A stretch of DNA of 64,000 nt from Candidatus Saccharimonadota bacterium (GCA_003164595.1 PLTT01000013.1:4481-68480), one strand, 5' to 3'. Shown: positions 50,009 to 61,246, numbered from the stretch's first letter. Numbers and translations: made by a program. The notes: a model not told the origin generated them from the sequence alone.

Positions 50009-51062
50009 ATATAGGGTCAAGAACCGTACTCGTCAGCAAAGACTCAAGACGTTTCTCATTATAATTGCCGTAGTCATTATTCTACTTATCGGAATAACGA
50101 TTATTGTACGTAGGATTTATGACGAGAATATACAGCCTTTGAGTCATAGTCAGCGAACCCAGATAATTGTTGTTAGTGATGGTATGTCTTCTCAACAAAT
50201 TGCCAACCTACTAAAAAAGGACAATATTATCCGTAGTAGTTGGGCATTTGAGTGGTACGTGCGCAGTCAAACTCTTCGTGGTGACCTGCAAGCTGGAACC
50301 TATTCACTATCGCCTAGCCAAAGTGTCTCAGATATTATTAATGTTCTGACAGAAGGCAAGGTTACTATACGCTTGATTACGATTCTCCCCGATAGGCGTC
50401 TTGATCAAATACAGTCAGACCTTATTAATGATGGTTTTTCGCCGGCTTCCGTAGCCCAGGCTTTACAGCCGGCTCAGTACTCATTCTTACCAGTACTGGC
50501 CTTTAAGCCAAGTAGCGCTAATCTCGAAGGACTACTATATCCTGATTCGTTTCAAAAAGATTCTAACACCACTCCGGAACAAATAATTCAGGAATCTCTA
50601 ACTGAGATGGGTCAGCATCTAACTCCCTCACTTCAGGCTGCATTTGCATCTGAGGGGCTAAGCACCTATCAGGGCATTATTTTAGCATCTATCGTTCAGC
50701 AAGAAGTGATCGGTAGCTCAGATCAAGCACAGGCAGCCCAAGTATTCCTAAAGCGCTTAAGCACAGGTATGCCACTGGGGAGTGACCAAACTGCATTCTA
50801 TGGCGCTATAATTGCTGGCCAGTCACCAAGCGTTAGTTACGACAGTCCCTATAACACCTTACTCCACACCGGTTTACCGCCTACCCCACTAAGTAATGTC
50901 AACGCCCAAGCCTTAAATGCCATGGCTCATCCGGCCAATACCGACTGGTTATATTTTGTAACTGGTGATAACGGGACAACGTACTTTGAGCAGACCGCGC
51001 AGGAACATCAAAATGATATTAACCAATATTGCCATATTAAGTGTGCTCAAGATAGCCAATAA
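50001..51062 (+). CDS. mltG: Endolytic murein transglycosylase MltG (YceG-like)
   Basis: ATG at 50001 (MNKYRVK..) overlaps the ruvX stop. N-terminal TM, a GTYSLSP..I..L region, LASIVQQE (catalytic Glu region) and SPYNT..GLPPTPLSN. Confidence 0.85.
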   Translation: MNKYRVKNRTRQQRLKTFLIIIAVVIILLIGITIIVRRIYDENIQPLSHSQRTQIIVVSDGMSSQQIANLLKKDNIIRSSWAFEWYVRSQTLRGDLQAGTYSLSPSQSVSDIINVLTEGKVTIRLITILPDRRLDQIQSDLINDGFSPASVAQALQPAQYSFLPVLAFKPSSANLEGLLYPDSFQKDSNTTPEQIIQESLTEMGQHLTPSLQAAFASEGLSTYQGIILASIVQQEVIGSSDQAQAAQVFLKRLSTGMPLGSDQTAFYGAIIAGQSPSVSYDSPYNTLLHTGLPPTPLSNVNAQALNAMAHPANTDWLYFVTGDNGTTYFEQTAQEHQNDINQYCHIKCAQDSQ

Positions 51063-51275
51063 CAGAGGTAGTAGGCTATCTATTGGCTTGAAGTAACCAC
51101 CAATTTTTGATAAAATTGGTGTTACGAAGATATTTAATCAATATAATCGTTATTCGAGTCGGTATTAATAAGAAGGTACCAGGGAGAATCTATTAGCACA
51201 TCACGAGCATCTGCTCAGCAGACTGCCATAACAGAGGAGTCAAAAAGTCCCGTAGAACACCAACTACGAAGACTC

Positions 51276-52310
51276 ATGAGTCGATCAACAAAGTTGAGTC
51301 GGCGGGCGGTACGTTATAGCCTCATAGGGGTCAACCTATTGATCCTTGTTGCTGTAGTATTATTTTTTCTTTACTACAAACAGGGTTCCGTAGCCAATAA
51401 AGTGGTTGCTATGGCCTCGAGTAGCAGTAGCTCCGCGACATCAAATGACCCCCTAGACCAAGTTTCAGCTGCGGATATAGCCGTTGAGGTTGCCGATATG
51501 GTAAGTATGCCCGAAGCGACAGCTGTCCAAAACCAAGCGGAGACAGTCAATGCTCAGCTAGCCATTACTCCCGCCGAGGATCTTGTTGCGGCTAAGCCAT
51601 TAATTGTCGCCACAGCGCTTAAAACACGTGAAGACATACAAACCTATGTTGCGCAGTCGGGGGATACCCTGGCCAGTATTGCTGCAAAATTTAACATTAC
51701 ATCCAACAGTGTCTTATGGTCCAACGGTTTGACTTCAACAAACATTACGGCTGGCGATAAACTAGTCATACCTCCTATATCAGGAATTGTCTACGCAGTT
51801 AAGTCGGGTGATACTTCCCAGAGCCTGGCTCAGAAATATAATGCTAGTGCCGATCAAATAACTGCCTTTAATGACGCTGAAATATCTGGTTTAATCATTG
51901 GTGAGCAGATTGTTATACCAAACGGTCAGCAACCCGTCGCCGCTGCAACTGGTTATGGAGTCTATGGAGGCCTGGCTTCATATGGTTTCAATGGTTATGA
52001 CTTTGGTTATTGCACGTACTGGGTGGCATTGCGCCGATCCCAGGTTGGTGAGTCGCTTCCAGATAATTTGGGGAATGCCTCTTCCTGGGCCTACCTAGCT
52101 AGAGCTTATGGTCTGTCAGTGGGGAATACCCCAATGCAATATGCGGCGGCTGTAGTAAGCACTGCCGGAGAAGGTCATGTCGTTTTTGTTGAATCAGTCA
52201 ATGCCGATGGCAGTATAAATATATCCGAGATGAACCACCTTGGCTGGGACATAGTTGATCATGAAACCGTACCTGCATCGACAGCTGCATATTACAGTTA
52301 TATCTATTAA
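51276..52310 (+). CDS. Peptidoglycan hydrolase with two LysM domains and a C-terminal CHAP domain
   Basis: N-terminal TM. LysM 1 is YVAQSGDTLASIAAKFNIT...LVIPP and LysM 2 is YAVKSGDTSQSLAQKYNAS...IVIPNG. CHAP region has CTYWV and GHVVFVESV. Confidence 0.8.
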   Translation: MSRSTKLSRRAVRYSLIGVNLLILVAVVLFFLYYKQGSVANKVVAMASSSSSSATSNDPLDQVSAADIAVEVADMVSMPEATAVQNQAETVNAQLAITPAEDLVAAKPLIVATALKTREDIQTYVAQSGDTLASIAAKFNITSNSVLWSNGLTSTNITAGDKLVIPPISGIVYAVKSGDTSQSLAQKYNASADQITAFNDAEISGLIIGEQIVIPNGQQPVAAATGYGVYGGLASYGFNGYDFGYCTYWVALRRSQVGESLPDNLGNASSWAYLARAYGLSVGNTPMQYAAAVVSTAGEGHVVFVESVNADGSINISEMNHLGWDIVDHETVPASTAAYYSYIY

Positions 52311-52347
52311 TTCTAAATAAATGTGTTAAACCTGCTATTCTATTAGT

Positions 52348-53628
52348 ATGTTTATAGATAATGCCCAGATAACTATTCATGCTGGTGACGGCGGTAATGG
52401 CCGGTCAAGTTTTCGTCACGAAAAATTTATTGACCGTGGTGGCCCAGATGGTGGTGATGGTGGTGACGGTGGCAATATTATCTTTGTCGGTAGTCTAAGT
52501 GAGAATACTTTAGCCAATTTTCGATTTCAAAGAGAATTATTTGCCGAAGCAGGTGCAGCCGGTGGTAAGAATAATAAACACGGTAAGAGAGGCAAAGAGA
52601 TGCGCGTTCGAGTTCCTGTCGGCACAGCTATATATAACGAGAATGGTGATTTGCTGGCGGATTTAGTTATTAACAACATGGAAGCTATTATTGCCCAAGG
52701 CGGTAAGGGTGGCTTTGGTAACGCTCATTTCGTAAGCTCTGTTCGGCAAGCACCAAGGGTTGCTGAAAAAGGCGAACCTGGCGAGGTTTTAGAGGTTAAG
52801 CTAGAGTTAAAAATGATTGCCGATGTCGGGTTGATAGGTTTACCTAACGCCGGTAAGTCCACTTTGCTTAGTATTATTAGTAACGCTCGTCCAGAGATAG
52901 CCGACTATCCCTTTACCACTCTTACGCCAAATCTAGGAGTGGTTGACATAGACAAAAGTCACAGCCTAGTGTTCGCTGATATCCCAGGTTTGATCGAGGG
53001 GGCTGCCCAGGGCAAAGGTCTAGGCGATGATTTTCTTCGTCACGTCGAGAGAACTAGTATTCTGCTCCATTTAATTGATGTGTATAGTGAAGACGTAGCC
53101 AAAGATTACTCAACAATTCAAACAGAGCTAAAAAGTTACAAGATAAATCTTAGTAATCGCCCGCAGGTAGTTGTGCTGACTAAAATTGATGGTCTTGATC
53201 AAGACGTTGTTGATATGGTTGTAGCGCAGCTCAGGGTGATCATACCAAAGTCGACACCCATATTTGCAATCTCATCGAAAACTAATTCAGGAATTAATGA
53301 GCTACTTCGATATGTTTTAAAGGTAGTACAAAAACAACAAGAAAAAATAGAGGCCGAAAAACCGAAGGAGGATGAAATACCAATCATTCGGCTACCGGCA
53401 ACCAGCGAGCCTTGGCGTATAGTTAAGGAAAAAGAGGTTTATGTTGTCTTGGGCCGAAAAATCGAACGTTTTGCTATGCGAACAGATTTTAGCACCGATG
53501 AAGGTACTCGCCGACTACGTGATATTATGAAAAAAATGGGGATTATGCACGAACTGTCTCGGCAGGGCGCCAAAGCCGGATCAAAGATTGTTATTGGAAA
53601 GTCCAAGCTATATAGTTTGACGTATTAA
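52348..53628 (+). CDS. obg: GTPase Obg/CgtA
   Basis: Gly-rich Obg fold (GGDGGDGGN), G1 GLPNAGKST, DIPGLIEGA, TKID, and a C-terminal OCT-like domain. Confidence 0.93.
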   Translation: MFIDNAQITIHAGDGGNGRSSFRHEKFIDRGGPDGGDGGDGGNIIFVGSLSENTLANFRFQRELFAEAGAAGGKNNKHGKRGKEMRVRVPVGTAIYNENGDLLADLVINNMEAIIAQGGKGGFGNAHFVSSVRQAPRVAEKGEPGEVLEVKLELKMIADVGLIGLPNAGKSTLLSIISNARPEIADYPFTTLTPNLGVVDIDKSHSLVFADIPGLIEGAAQGKGLGDDFLRHVERTSILLHLIDVYSEDVAKDYSTIQTELKSYKINLSNRPQVVVLTKIDGLDQDVVDMVVAQLRVIIPKSTPIFAISSKTNSGINELLRYVLKVVQKQQEKIEAEKPKEDEIPIIRLPATSEPWRIVKEKEVYVVLGRKIERFAMRTDFSTDEGTRRLRDIMKKMGIMHELSRQGAKAGSKIVIGKSKLYSLTY

Positions 53629-53658
53629 GTAGCTCAATAAACTAAATTTCCGAGGTCT

Positions 53659-55086
53659 ATGAATACAACTTTTTTCTTTTATGACTTAGAGACAAGCGGC
53701 TTGAGCCCAAGATCTGCTCGGATTATGCAGTTTGCCGGACAGCGCACCGACCAAGATCTTAAACCAATAGGCGAGCCGGTAAATGTTCTCATAAAACTAA
53801 CCGACGACACTCTACCTGACCCCAGGGCAATTCTAATAACCGGCATCACCCCACAGGAAACTTTGAAGAATGGGATCACTGAGGCAGAATTTTTAAAAAT
53901 CTTCCATAACAAAATTAGCTTGCCTAATACAATTTTCGTTGGTTATAACACAATACGTTTTGATGACGAGTTCATGAGGTTTCTAAATTATAGAAATTTT
54001 TATGATCCTTATGAATGGCAATGGCAAGATGGACGAAGCCGATGGGATCTACTAGACGTTGTTCGTATGACCAGGGCCCTTAGGCCGGAAGGCATAACCT
54101 GGTTTTCTGACTCGGAAGGTAAAGCTGGCAACAGGCTTGAGCAGATCACGACCGCTAATAATATTCCTCACTCTAATGCCCATGACGCACTGGCGGATGT
54201 TAATGCTACGATAGCGGTAGCAAATCTTATACACCAAAAACAGCCAAAACAGTTTAATTATTTACTAGATATGCGCCAGAAAAAACATATTGCCGAACTA
54301 GCCCTTTCTGGTCAACCGTTTATCTACACAAGCGGCAAATATCCGACCGAGTTTCAAAAGACCACTGTCGTTAAAACTATAGCCGAACACCCCCGCCGGG
54401 GTGGGGTGCTGGTTTATGATCTTCGATTTGACCCAACACCGTATTCTAAAATGTCCGTCAAGCAGTTGGTTGATGCTTGGAAGTTCGATCCCGATAAATC
54501 TAAACCCAGACTGCCAGTAAAAACGTTGCAGTACAATCGTTGCCCAGCAGTAGCCCCATTTGGGGTTTTAGACAAAGATAGCCAAGTCAGAGTTGATATT
54601 AACCCAGATAAGATTAATGAGAATGAAGCTCGTTTGTCTAAGATTGTTGACTGGCCCACGAAAATACTCGATGCCTTGGCAATTATGGACGTTGCCCAAG
54701 AAAAACGATACGGCGCAAAGAAGCATGATGTCGACGAGTCTCTGTACGAGGGATTCTTCGGTCAAAAGGATAGACAGTTAATGACAAAGGTTCATCAGGC
54801 AAGAGACCAGAAATTAATAAACTTAGATCCCAAATTTGACGACCAACGCCTGAATGACTTATATCCTCTTTATAAGGCTAGAAACTTTCCAGATAGTTTA
54901 ACCATAGCCGAAAGAGAGTCTTGGGATAAATACAGGCTTGCTAAGCTAATGAACGGTAAGACTGACAGCCCATTAAATAAGTTCAAAATAGACATGAAAA
55001 CGCTAACTTTGAGCAAAGACATATCTGAAAAAGATATTCAGTTGCTCAAACAGTTAGAACTGTACTCTGAAACAATTATATCTTGA
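53659..55086 (+). CDS. sbcB: Exodeoxyribonuclease I
   Basis: FFFYDLETSG (Exo I motif), YNTIRFDDEF, and HSNAHDALADV (DEDDh H-x4-D). The 475 aa length and SH3-like/C-terminal regions match SbcB. Confidence 0.85.
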   Translation: MNTTFFFYDLETSGLSPRSARIMQFAGQRTDQDLKPIGEPVNVLIKLTDDTLPDPRAILITGITPQETLKNGITEAEFLKIFHNKISLPNTIFVGYNTIRFDDEFMRFLNYRNFYDPYEWQWQDGRSRWDLLDVVRMTRALRPEGITWFSDSEGKAGNRLEQITTANNIPHSNAHDALADVNATIAVANLIHQKQPKQFNYLLDMRQKKHIAELALSGQPFIYTSGKYPTEFQKTTVVKTIAEHPRRGGVLVYDLRFDPTPYSKMSVKQLVDAWKFDPDKSKPRLPVKTLQYNRCPAVAPFGVLDKDSQVRVDINPDKINENEARLSKIVDWPTKILDALAIMDVAQEKRYGAKKHDVDESLYEGFFGQKDRQLMTKVHQARDQKLINLDPKFDDQRLNDLYPLYKARNFPDSLTIAERESWDKYRLAKLMNGKTDSPLNKFKIDMKTLTLSKDISEKDIQLLKQLELYSETIIS

Positions 55087-55267
55087 TCCGACGATGAGAT
55101 GACAGCATCACTGACAGGACAATAATCCAGCTACGAATGAAATGAATCCTTAGCATCAACCAGAAGCAGGCCATACAAAACAAAATTGAGCTTAAGATTA
55201 TCCATCCGAAAAATGTAATTTGTATGTCTGTTCCTGGTAGCTGCCCAGTCACGATAAATGCTTGCAT
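55076..55267 (-). CDS. Possible small 2-TM membrane protein
   Basis: 63 aa hydrophobic ORF overlapping the sbcB 3' end by 11 nt. No homology recognised. Confidence 0.3.
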   Translation of the reverse strand: MQAFIVTGQLPGTDIQITFFGWIILSSILFCMACFWLMLRIHFIRSWIIVLSVMLSSHRRIKI

Positions 55268-55455
55268 ATAACCACTCTTAATTTATATTACTTATATTAC
55301 ACATATTTGCTAAATAATCAAGTATAAAGTATAGAGTTTATGTTTAAGTTTATGATCTCATCTAAGCATCTTGTGACAGCTGTGGATAAGTTGTTGTATA
55401 GGAAATACTATTCAGTTAGAATCATTTTAGAGTTAAAAAAACAAAAAGGAAAAAA

Positions 55456-56838
55456 ATGATATCATTCAGAAAAAAGCTGAATTCAAAGGGATTTAGCCAT
55501 GTCGAGCTAGCCTTATTATTGATTGTAGTTATTGGCGTGTCCGGAGTTGGTTACTATGTTTACAAACATGGTAATAAATCTCATGCAGGATCAACTTATA
55601 CGTCCCTAGGTAGTCTTAGTTATGATAACCAGACATTCACCGAACAAGCTTGTATCAGTGCTCAAAGTGGTACGGCACCTAATCAGACAGACACAGTAAG
55701 CGTACTTATGTCTGCGGACACAGAGGTTGGGCCTTCGGCAACCACTACTACAATTACTCCGACTACAGCTCAACTGTCTGCAGTCACTGCAGTCCAATCT
55801 GCACTTAGTACTGCCGAAAATCAACTGTCTATTGATAGGACTACTGAAGCTAATACTCCCACAGCCGCAAATGCTGCAGCGGTTGTCGCCCTTACTGATA
55901 GGGTGAATACTGATAAGACTACTTTAGCGACTGATATCGCCGGTGAGGCTACAACTGCGAGCGCATTTAACCCTTCCGCGTACTATGAAATTAATGGCGG
56001 TGCGCCCGTAACAGAAGATAATTGGACGACCGGTTCCATCTCTATAGCTAACTTCGATGTGTCCCCGACTATCCAGACTGCAGACCTAGCATTAGGCTTA
56101 GTTGGGCCAAATGCGACATATGTCGGTGGGGCGAATACGGTAATAGGCGCAATTGCTGTTTGCAATGCAACTAGTCCTACAAATGTAACCGTCACAAGCA
56201 TAGGCGGTTCATCTACTTCATCCACCAGCAGTTCATCCCCCTCGCAACTATCCATTGACGAGAACATCGTCACCACTGACCTTACGGCGCTTAATGCCGC
56301 CAAAGCTGCAATTGTGGATGAGGAAATACCAACAGCTGCCCAGAATGCAGCTATAACGGCAGATAATGCTGCATGGGTAGCTGCTAAAAATAAAGTTATC
56401 GAGGATGAGGGGGGCACCGTTCCCAAGACCACAACTACAACACCTGCTTCATCTACAACAATCACTAAAATACCAATTCAAGTCATCAATGCTGAAAAAG
56501 CTGCTGGTATCAGTACGATTGCCCCAACAAAGCAGGTAACCCCAATTCAAGTCATCAATGCTGAAAAAGCTGCCGATATCCCAACAACCCAGACTACTAT
56601 AAAAGTTTCTACATCCGTACCGATCTCCAAGGGTGATCTAATCGAGGCCGTATTTGCAGCGCAAGCCGCCACCGCTGCCAAAAAATCTGCCATGACATCA
56701 TTCATGTATTGGGTAGACGCTCATATTGGGATAAAGGATAGTGTCGTTAAAAATGTTAATTATGGCGCTAATGGACAAGAAACTATAGTTACGGTTAATG
56801 GAAAATTGGACTCCACCAGTATCCAGGCAGCCCCATAA
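55456..56838 (+). CDS. Large type IV pilin-like protein (prepilin-type N-terminus)
   Basis: MISFRKKLNSKG then FSHVELALLLIVVIGVSGVGYYVY: short basic leader, Gly at -1, Phe at +1, Glu at +5, hydrophobic helix. The remainder is Thr/Ala/Ser-rich with an internal 23-aa tandem repeat. Confidence 0.7.
   Translation: MISFRKKLNSKGFSHVELALLLIVVIGVSGVGYYVYKHGNKSHAGSTYTSLGSLSYDNQTFTEQACISAQSGTAPNQTDTVSVLMSADTEVGPSATTTTITPTTAQLSAVTAVQSALSTAENQLSIDRTTEANTPTAANAAAVVALTDRVNTDKTTLATDIAGEATTASAFNPSAYYEINGGAPVTEDNWTTGSISIANFDVSPTIQTADLALGLVGPNATYVGGANTVIGAIAVCNATSPTNVTVTSIGGSSTSSTSSSSPSQLSIDENIVTTDLTALNAAKAAIVDEEIPTAAQNAAITADNAAWVAAKNKVIEDEGGTVPKTTTTTPASSTTITKIPIQVINAEKAAGISTIAPTKQVTPIQVINAEKAADIPTTQTTIKVSTSVPISKGDLIEAVFAAQAATAAKKSAMTSFMYWVDAHIGIKDSVVKNVNYGANGQETIVTVNGKLDSTSIQAAP
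56473..56573 (+). repeat. In-frame tandem duplication inside the pilin-like gene (69-nt period)
   Basis: The 32-nt string CCAATTCAAGTCATCAATGCTGAAAAAGCTGC occurs at 56473-56504 and again at 56542-56573, encoding PIQVINAEKAA twice. Confidence 0.9.
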
Positions 56839-56963
56839 TAGATTTTAGTGGGGCATCTACTAGGGCAGGTAGTCTCCGGAGCATATCTCATAGATGTTTG
56901 AGGGCGAAAATTTGTATATATCTTTGCCCCTGACTCTAGAAAAGTGAACCGATTTAGGATATA

Positions 56964-59789
56964 ATGCCAAAACTTATGGCAGAATATATCGTTGTTAAAG
57001 GCGCGAGGGAACACAATCTTAAAGATATTAGTGTTACGATTCCACGTAATAAACTGGTTGTTATAACCGGTTTGAGTGGCTCGGGAAAGTCATCCTTAGC
57101 CTTTGACACCATCTACGCTGAGGGTCAGAGACGCTATGTAGAATCACTTAGTTCCTATGCCCGACAATTCTTGGGCCTAATGGAAAAACCAGACGTCGAT
57201 CAGATTGACGGACTGAGCCCAGCAATTTCAATTGATCAAAAATCAACAAGTCGTAACCCCCGTTCAACGGTCGCGACCGTTACCGAGATATATGATTACC
57301 TGCGACTGTTATTCGCTCGCATTGGCGAGCCTCATTGCCCGGTTTGTGGGCAATCTATTAAACAACAAACCGCAGCCGATATTATTGATCAGGTAGCTAA
57401 TATGCCCGTGTCTGCTAAATTGATGATTTTAGCGCCAATTGTCATAGACAAAAAAGGTGCTTTTGAGCACATCCCCGAACAATATCTAAAAGCTGGCTTT
57501 GCCCGGGTCAGGGTCGACAAGGTTGTTTACGCCCTTGATGAATTCCCGGAGCTGGATAAGAATTTCAAGCACACCATTGAAATAATTGTCGACCGTATTG
57601 TTAATGACGAAGATAGTCGAACCAGACTGAGCCAATCTATAGAACAGAGCCTAGAGATTGCCGATCGAAAGTTGCGCGTGGTTAATGCTGACAGCAGTGA
57701 GGAGTTTGATTTTAGCCTACAGTATGCATGTCCAGATCATCCAGAAGTAGCAATACCCGAACTAGAACCTCGTAATTTTAGTTTTAACTCGCCTCACGGG
57801 GCTTGCCCGTCTTGTACGGGCTTGGGCTCGAGACTAGAAGTAGATCCTGAACTTGTCATGCCGAATGGTCGTTTAACGATCGCAGAGGGGGCTATACGTC
57901 CTTATAACCGTATTAACATAGATAACTGGTACATGAAAAAACTCCAAGCCGTTGCTGATCGCTATGGCTTTAGTCTCCACGTCCCAACATCCGAAATAAA
58001 GCGCGAAGATATGGAAAGAATCATGTATGGCACCGGCAAGGAAACCTACAGAGTTGCTTTGGGTATTGGCAGGAGTTTTGAGACTACCTATGAAGGTGTA
58101 GTGCCAAATTTGGAACGCCGTCACAAAGAAACTGATAGTGATTTTGTTCGTCGTGATATAGAAAAATTTATGCATGAAAAGCCATGCTATGCCTGTAAGG
58201 GTTTACGTTTGAAGCCTGAGATATTGGCGGTTACTATCGCTGGTAAATCAATTATGGACATCTGCAACCTATCCATCGATGACACCCTTGCATTGTTTAG
58301 GTCTTTAAGACTGAGTACTCGAGATATGACTATAGCTAAATTAATCTTGAAAGAAATAGATGCCAGACTGACTTTTTTGCAAGACGTTGGGCTAAACTAC
58401 CTAACGCTACTAAGGAGCGCGACGACACTGAGTGGTGGTGAAGCGCAGCGTATAAGACTGGCTACCCAAATTGGCTCGGGTTTAATGGGAGTTCTCTATG
58501 TACTAGACGAACCTAGTATCGGTTTGCACCAAAGAGACAACGCCCGGCTAATAAACACCCTAAAACACCTACGCGACCTAGGTAACAGTGTGATCGTAGT
58601 TGAACATGACGAAGAAACTATCCGTACAGCCGATTATTTATTAGACATTGGCCCAGGCGCCGGAATCCACGGTGGTTATGTTGTCGGTGAGGGTACTCCA
58701 AGTGAGGTAATGAAAGTCAAAGATAGCATTACCGCCCAATACCTATCTGGTACACTCAGTATCGCCATCCCTAAAAAGAGACGCCAGGGAAATGGCAAAT
58801 CTTTGATCATTAGAGGGGCAAGGGAGAATAACCTTCAAAACATTGATGTTGAAATTCCTCTGGGTGAGCTCGTGGTAGTTAGTGGCGTGTCAGGCTCTGG
58901 TAAATCCAGCCTTATAAACGATATTCTTGCCAAAGAACTACAGGCACGCCTGCATCGAGCCAGTACCGTTCCGGGAAAACACGATGATATTGAGGGTATT
59001 AAGGAACTCGATAAAGCTATTATTATTGACCAGTCACCAATTGGTCGCACGCCCCGGTCCAACCCGGCCACCTATACCGGTCTTTTCACACCTATACGTG
59101 AGCTATTTTCCAACGTCCCAGAAGCCAAGTTACGTGGCTATAGCCCAGGGCGTTTTAGCTTTAATGTTAAGGGCGGACGCTGCGAAAACTGTTCTGGTGA
59201 CGGTATTATCCAGATTGAGATGCATTTTCTGCCAGACGTCTATGTTCCTTGTGAAGTTTGCCATGGGAAGCGCTATAACCGTGAAGCTCTTGAGATACAT
59301 TATAAAGGCAAGTCTGTCAGCGACATCCTAGAGCTAACTTGTGACCAAGCTCTAGAGTTTTTTGCTAATATTCCAAGCATTGCCCGTAAACTACAGACCT
59401 TAGTTGACGTTGGGCTTGGTTATATACACCTCGGTCAACCGGCCACTCAACTAAGTGGGGGCGAGGCCCAGCGTATCAAACTGGCCAGCGAATTGAGTCG
59501 CCGCCCAACCGGCCGAACTCTATATATTCTGGACGAACCAACAACCGGACTGCACATGGCAGACGTCAATAAATTATTACATGTCTTGCATGCACTTGTG
59601 GATGCCGGTAACAGCATGGTGGTCATTGAGCACAACCTTGATGTTATAAAAAATGCTGACTGGCTAATTGATATGGGGCCTGAGGGTGGTGCCGCCGGTG
59701 GGCAGATCGTAGCATTGGGCACTCCAGAACAAGTTAGCAAACAAAAAGATTCCTACACTGGTCAATACTTAAAGAAAATATTTAAATAA
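56964..59789 (+). CDS. uvrA: Excinuclease ABC subunit A
   Basis: 941 aa with two ABC modules ([18 protein letters not shown]; LSGGEAQR twice) and zinc-finger Cys clusters. An alternative start is the ATG at 56976 ([15 protein letters not shown]). Confidence 0.95.
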   Translation: MPKLMAEYIVVKGAREHNLKDISVTIPRNKLVVITGLSGSGKSSLAFDTIYAEGQRRYVESLSSYARQFLGLMEKPDVDQIDGLSPAISIDQKSTSRNPRSTVATVTEIYDYLRLLFARIGEPHCPVCGQSIKQQTAADIIDQVANMPVSAKLMILAPIVIDKKGAFEHIPEQYLKAGFARVRVDKVVYALDEFPELDKNFKHTIEIIVDRIVNDEDSRTRLSQSIEQSLEIADRKLRVVNADSSEEFDFSLQYACPDHPEVAIPELEPRNFSFNSPHGACPSCTGLGSRLEVDPELVMPNGRLTIAEGAIRPYNRINIDNWYMKKLQAVADRYGFSLHVPTSEIKREDMERIMYGTGKETYRVALGIGRSFETTYEGVVPNLERRHKETDSDFVRRDIEKFMHEKPCYACKGLRLKPEILAVTIAGKSIMDICNLSIDDTLALFRSLRLSTRDMTIAKLILKEIDARLTFLQDVGLNYLTLLRSATTLSGGEAQRIRLATQIGSGLMGVLYVLDEPSIGLHQRDNARLINTLKHLRDLGNSVIVVEHDEETIRTADYLLDIGPGAGIHGGYVVGEGTPSEVMKVKDSITAQYLSGTLSIAIPKKRRQGNGKSLIIRGARENNLQNIDVEIPLGELVVVSGVSGSGKSSLINDILAKELQARLHRASTVPGKHDDIEGIKELDKAIIIDQSPIGRTPRSNPATYTGLFTPIRELFSNVPEAKLRGYSPGRFSFNVKGGRCENCSGDGIIQIEMHFLPDVYVPCEVCHGKRYNREALEIHYKGKSVSDILELTCDQALEFFANIPSIARKLQTLVDVGLGYIHLGQPATQLSGGEAQRIKLASELSRRPTGRTLYILDEPTTGLHMADVNKLLHVLHALVDAGNSMVVIEHNLDVIKNADWLIDMGPEGGAAGGQIVALGTPEQVSKQKDSYTGQYLKKIFK

Positions 59790-59796
59790 CCAGTAA

Positions 59797-60405
59797 CTAG
59801 TTTGTTTTTCTTTTTCGTCTCTCCATTAATGCTTTAGTTAGATGATAGGCCATGGGTCCGAAACTAATAATGACCACTATTGCTACGACTGGCAAAATAT
59901 AGTTATCGATATTTGGGATTTTGCTGCCGAACCAATACCCCAGCATTGTCACAATTACTGCCCAGGCAGTGTCGCCAATAGCATCAAAAAATGCGAATTT
60001 CTCTCTTGGCATTCTCGCTACTCCAGCTACTGCGGGCGTGAAAGTTCTTACAACTGGCAGGAAATGCGCCAATAACATTGATTTGCTGCCATACTTTTCA
60101 AAGAATTTTTCGGAACGTGTCACATATTCCTGCTTAAACAACAAACCATCTTTTTTACGGAATAATCTAGGGCCAAGAGTCTTACCGATCTGATAGCCAA
60201 CATTATCTCCAGCAATAGCTGCCAGTGAGGCAATTATGAGCAACGCCGCCAGATTAAGTTTACCTTGAGCTGCAAAAATGCCGGCACTGAGCAGGAGGGT
60301 ATCGCCTGGGAAAAAGAAACCGACAAACATGCCGCTTTCAGCAAAAATCATCACGCCAACTAGGAACAAACCACCACTCTGTAATAGCTCGCTCGGATTC
60401 AACAT
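59797..60405 (-). CDS. dedA: DedA family membrane protein
   Basis: FFFPGDTLLLSAGIFAAQGKLN and the RFLPVVRTF-like HFLPVVRTFTP motif. 202 aa. Confidence 0.85.
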   Translation of the reverse strand: MLNPSELLQSGGLFLVGVMIFAESGMFVGFFFPGDTLLLSAGIFAAQGKLNLAALLIIASLAAIAGDNVGYQIGKTLGPRLFRKKDGLLFKQEYVTRSEKFFEKYGSKSMLLAHFLPVVRTFTPAVAGVARMPREKFAFFDAIGDTAWAVIVTMLGYWFGSKIPNIDNYILPVVAIVVIISFGPMAYHLTKALMERRKRKTN

Positions 60406-60505
60406 ATGCTTATAGCTTACTAACTTTATCTAAAAAGGTCTAATAACTTTGCTCATCATCTGGTATAATACCTTAAAGCCTAAAGAAAGTAAGGTCAGGA
60501 GAAAA

Positions 60506-61195
60506 ATGTCAGAAGATATTAGTTTGAAGCTAGAAGAGCGTACTGTAATCGGTAAACAGGTTAGGCAACTACGCCGTGACGGTCTAATTCCAGCTGTCAT
60601 TCACGACCACGGCAAGCCTTCATTGCACGTTATGGGTAGCTATCCAGACGTTTATAAAGTATACCGACAAGCAGGGAAGCACCACACTATCAAGATTAGT
60701 GTCGGAGGTAAAGAGTACACGGCTCTTATTAAAACAACTGCCTTTGAACCTCGTAAACACCTTCTTAGCCATGTAGTCTTCGGGGCTGTTGACGCCAACG
60801 AAACAGTTACCGCTGAGATACCAATTCGATTAACTGACGATATTCCTGCCGAACGAGCCAGTCTTCTAGTTATTCACCAACTTGAGTCAGTTGAAGTTGA
60901 ATCGCTACCTAAAGACTTGCCAAACGAGATTGTCGTTGATGCTTCATCATTAGTTGAAGTTGGCGACAAGCTAAGCGTATCGGACATTATTGCTCCAGCC
61001 GGAGTAGTAATTATCACGGAACTAGAACACGCTATTGCCACGGTCTATGAACCAAGTGCTGTTCAAGCAGCCAATGATGCCTTGGCTGGAGAAGCAGAAG
61101 AAGCTGCACCTGAAGCGGCTGAAGGCGTCGCCACCGAAGGCGCAGCACCTGAAGCTGGCGCAGAGTCTACCGAAGCAAGCACCGAAAAGAAATAG
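60506..61195 (+). CDS. rplY: 50S ribosomal protein L25 / Ctc form
   Basis: ATG at 60506 after AGGAGAA. Contains RTVIGKQVRQLRRDGLIPAVIH, two beta-barrel domains and an acidic Ala/Glu-rich tail. Confidence 0.85.
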   Translation: MSEDISLKLEERTVIGKQVRQLRRDGLIPAVIHDHGKPSLHVMGSYPDVYKVYRQAGKHHTIKISVGGKEYTALIKTTAFEPRKHLLSHVVFGAVDANETVTAEIPIRLTDDIPAERASLLVIHQLESVEVESLPKDLPNEIVVDASSLVEVGDKLSVSDIIAPAGVVIITELEHAIATVYEPSAVQAANDALAGEAEEAAPEAAEGVATEGAAPEAGAESTEASTEKK

Positions 61196-61246
61196 GCTAC
61201 TAGTCCCTCGGCAAAAACTAAGCTAAATTTGTTACAATATTTTAAG

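Noticed and set aside
55381-55389. Second perfect DnaA-box 9-mer, TGTGGATAA, upstream of the pilin-like gene
   Set aside because: A single 9-mer match in 64 kb on both strands is roughly what chance predicts. There are no clustered boxes, no dnaA/dnaN nearby and no strand switch here.
55983-56465. 160-aa ORF antisense to the pilin-like gene
   Set aside because: It is an Ala/Val-rich mirror of the Thr/Ala-rich sense frame. It has no start context or independent support.
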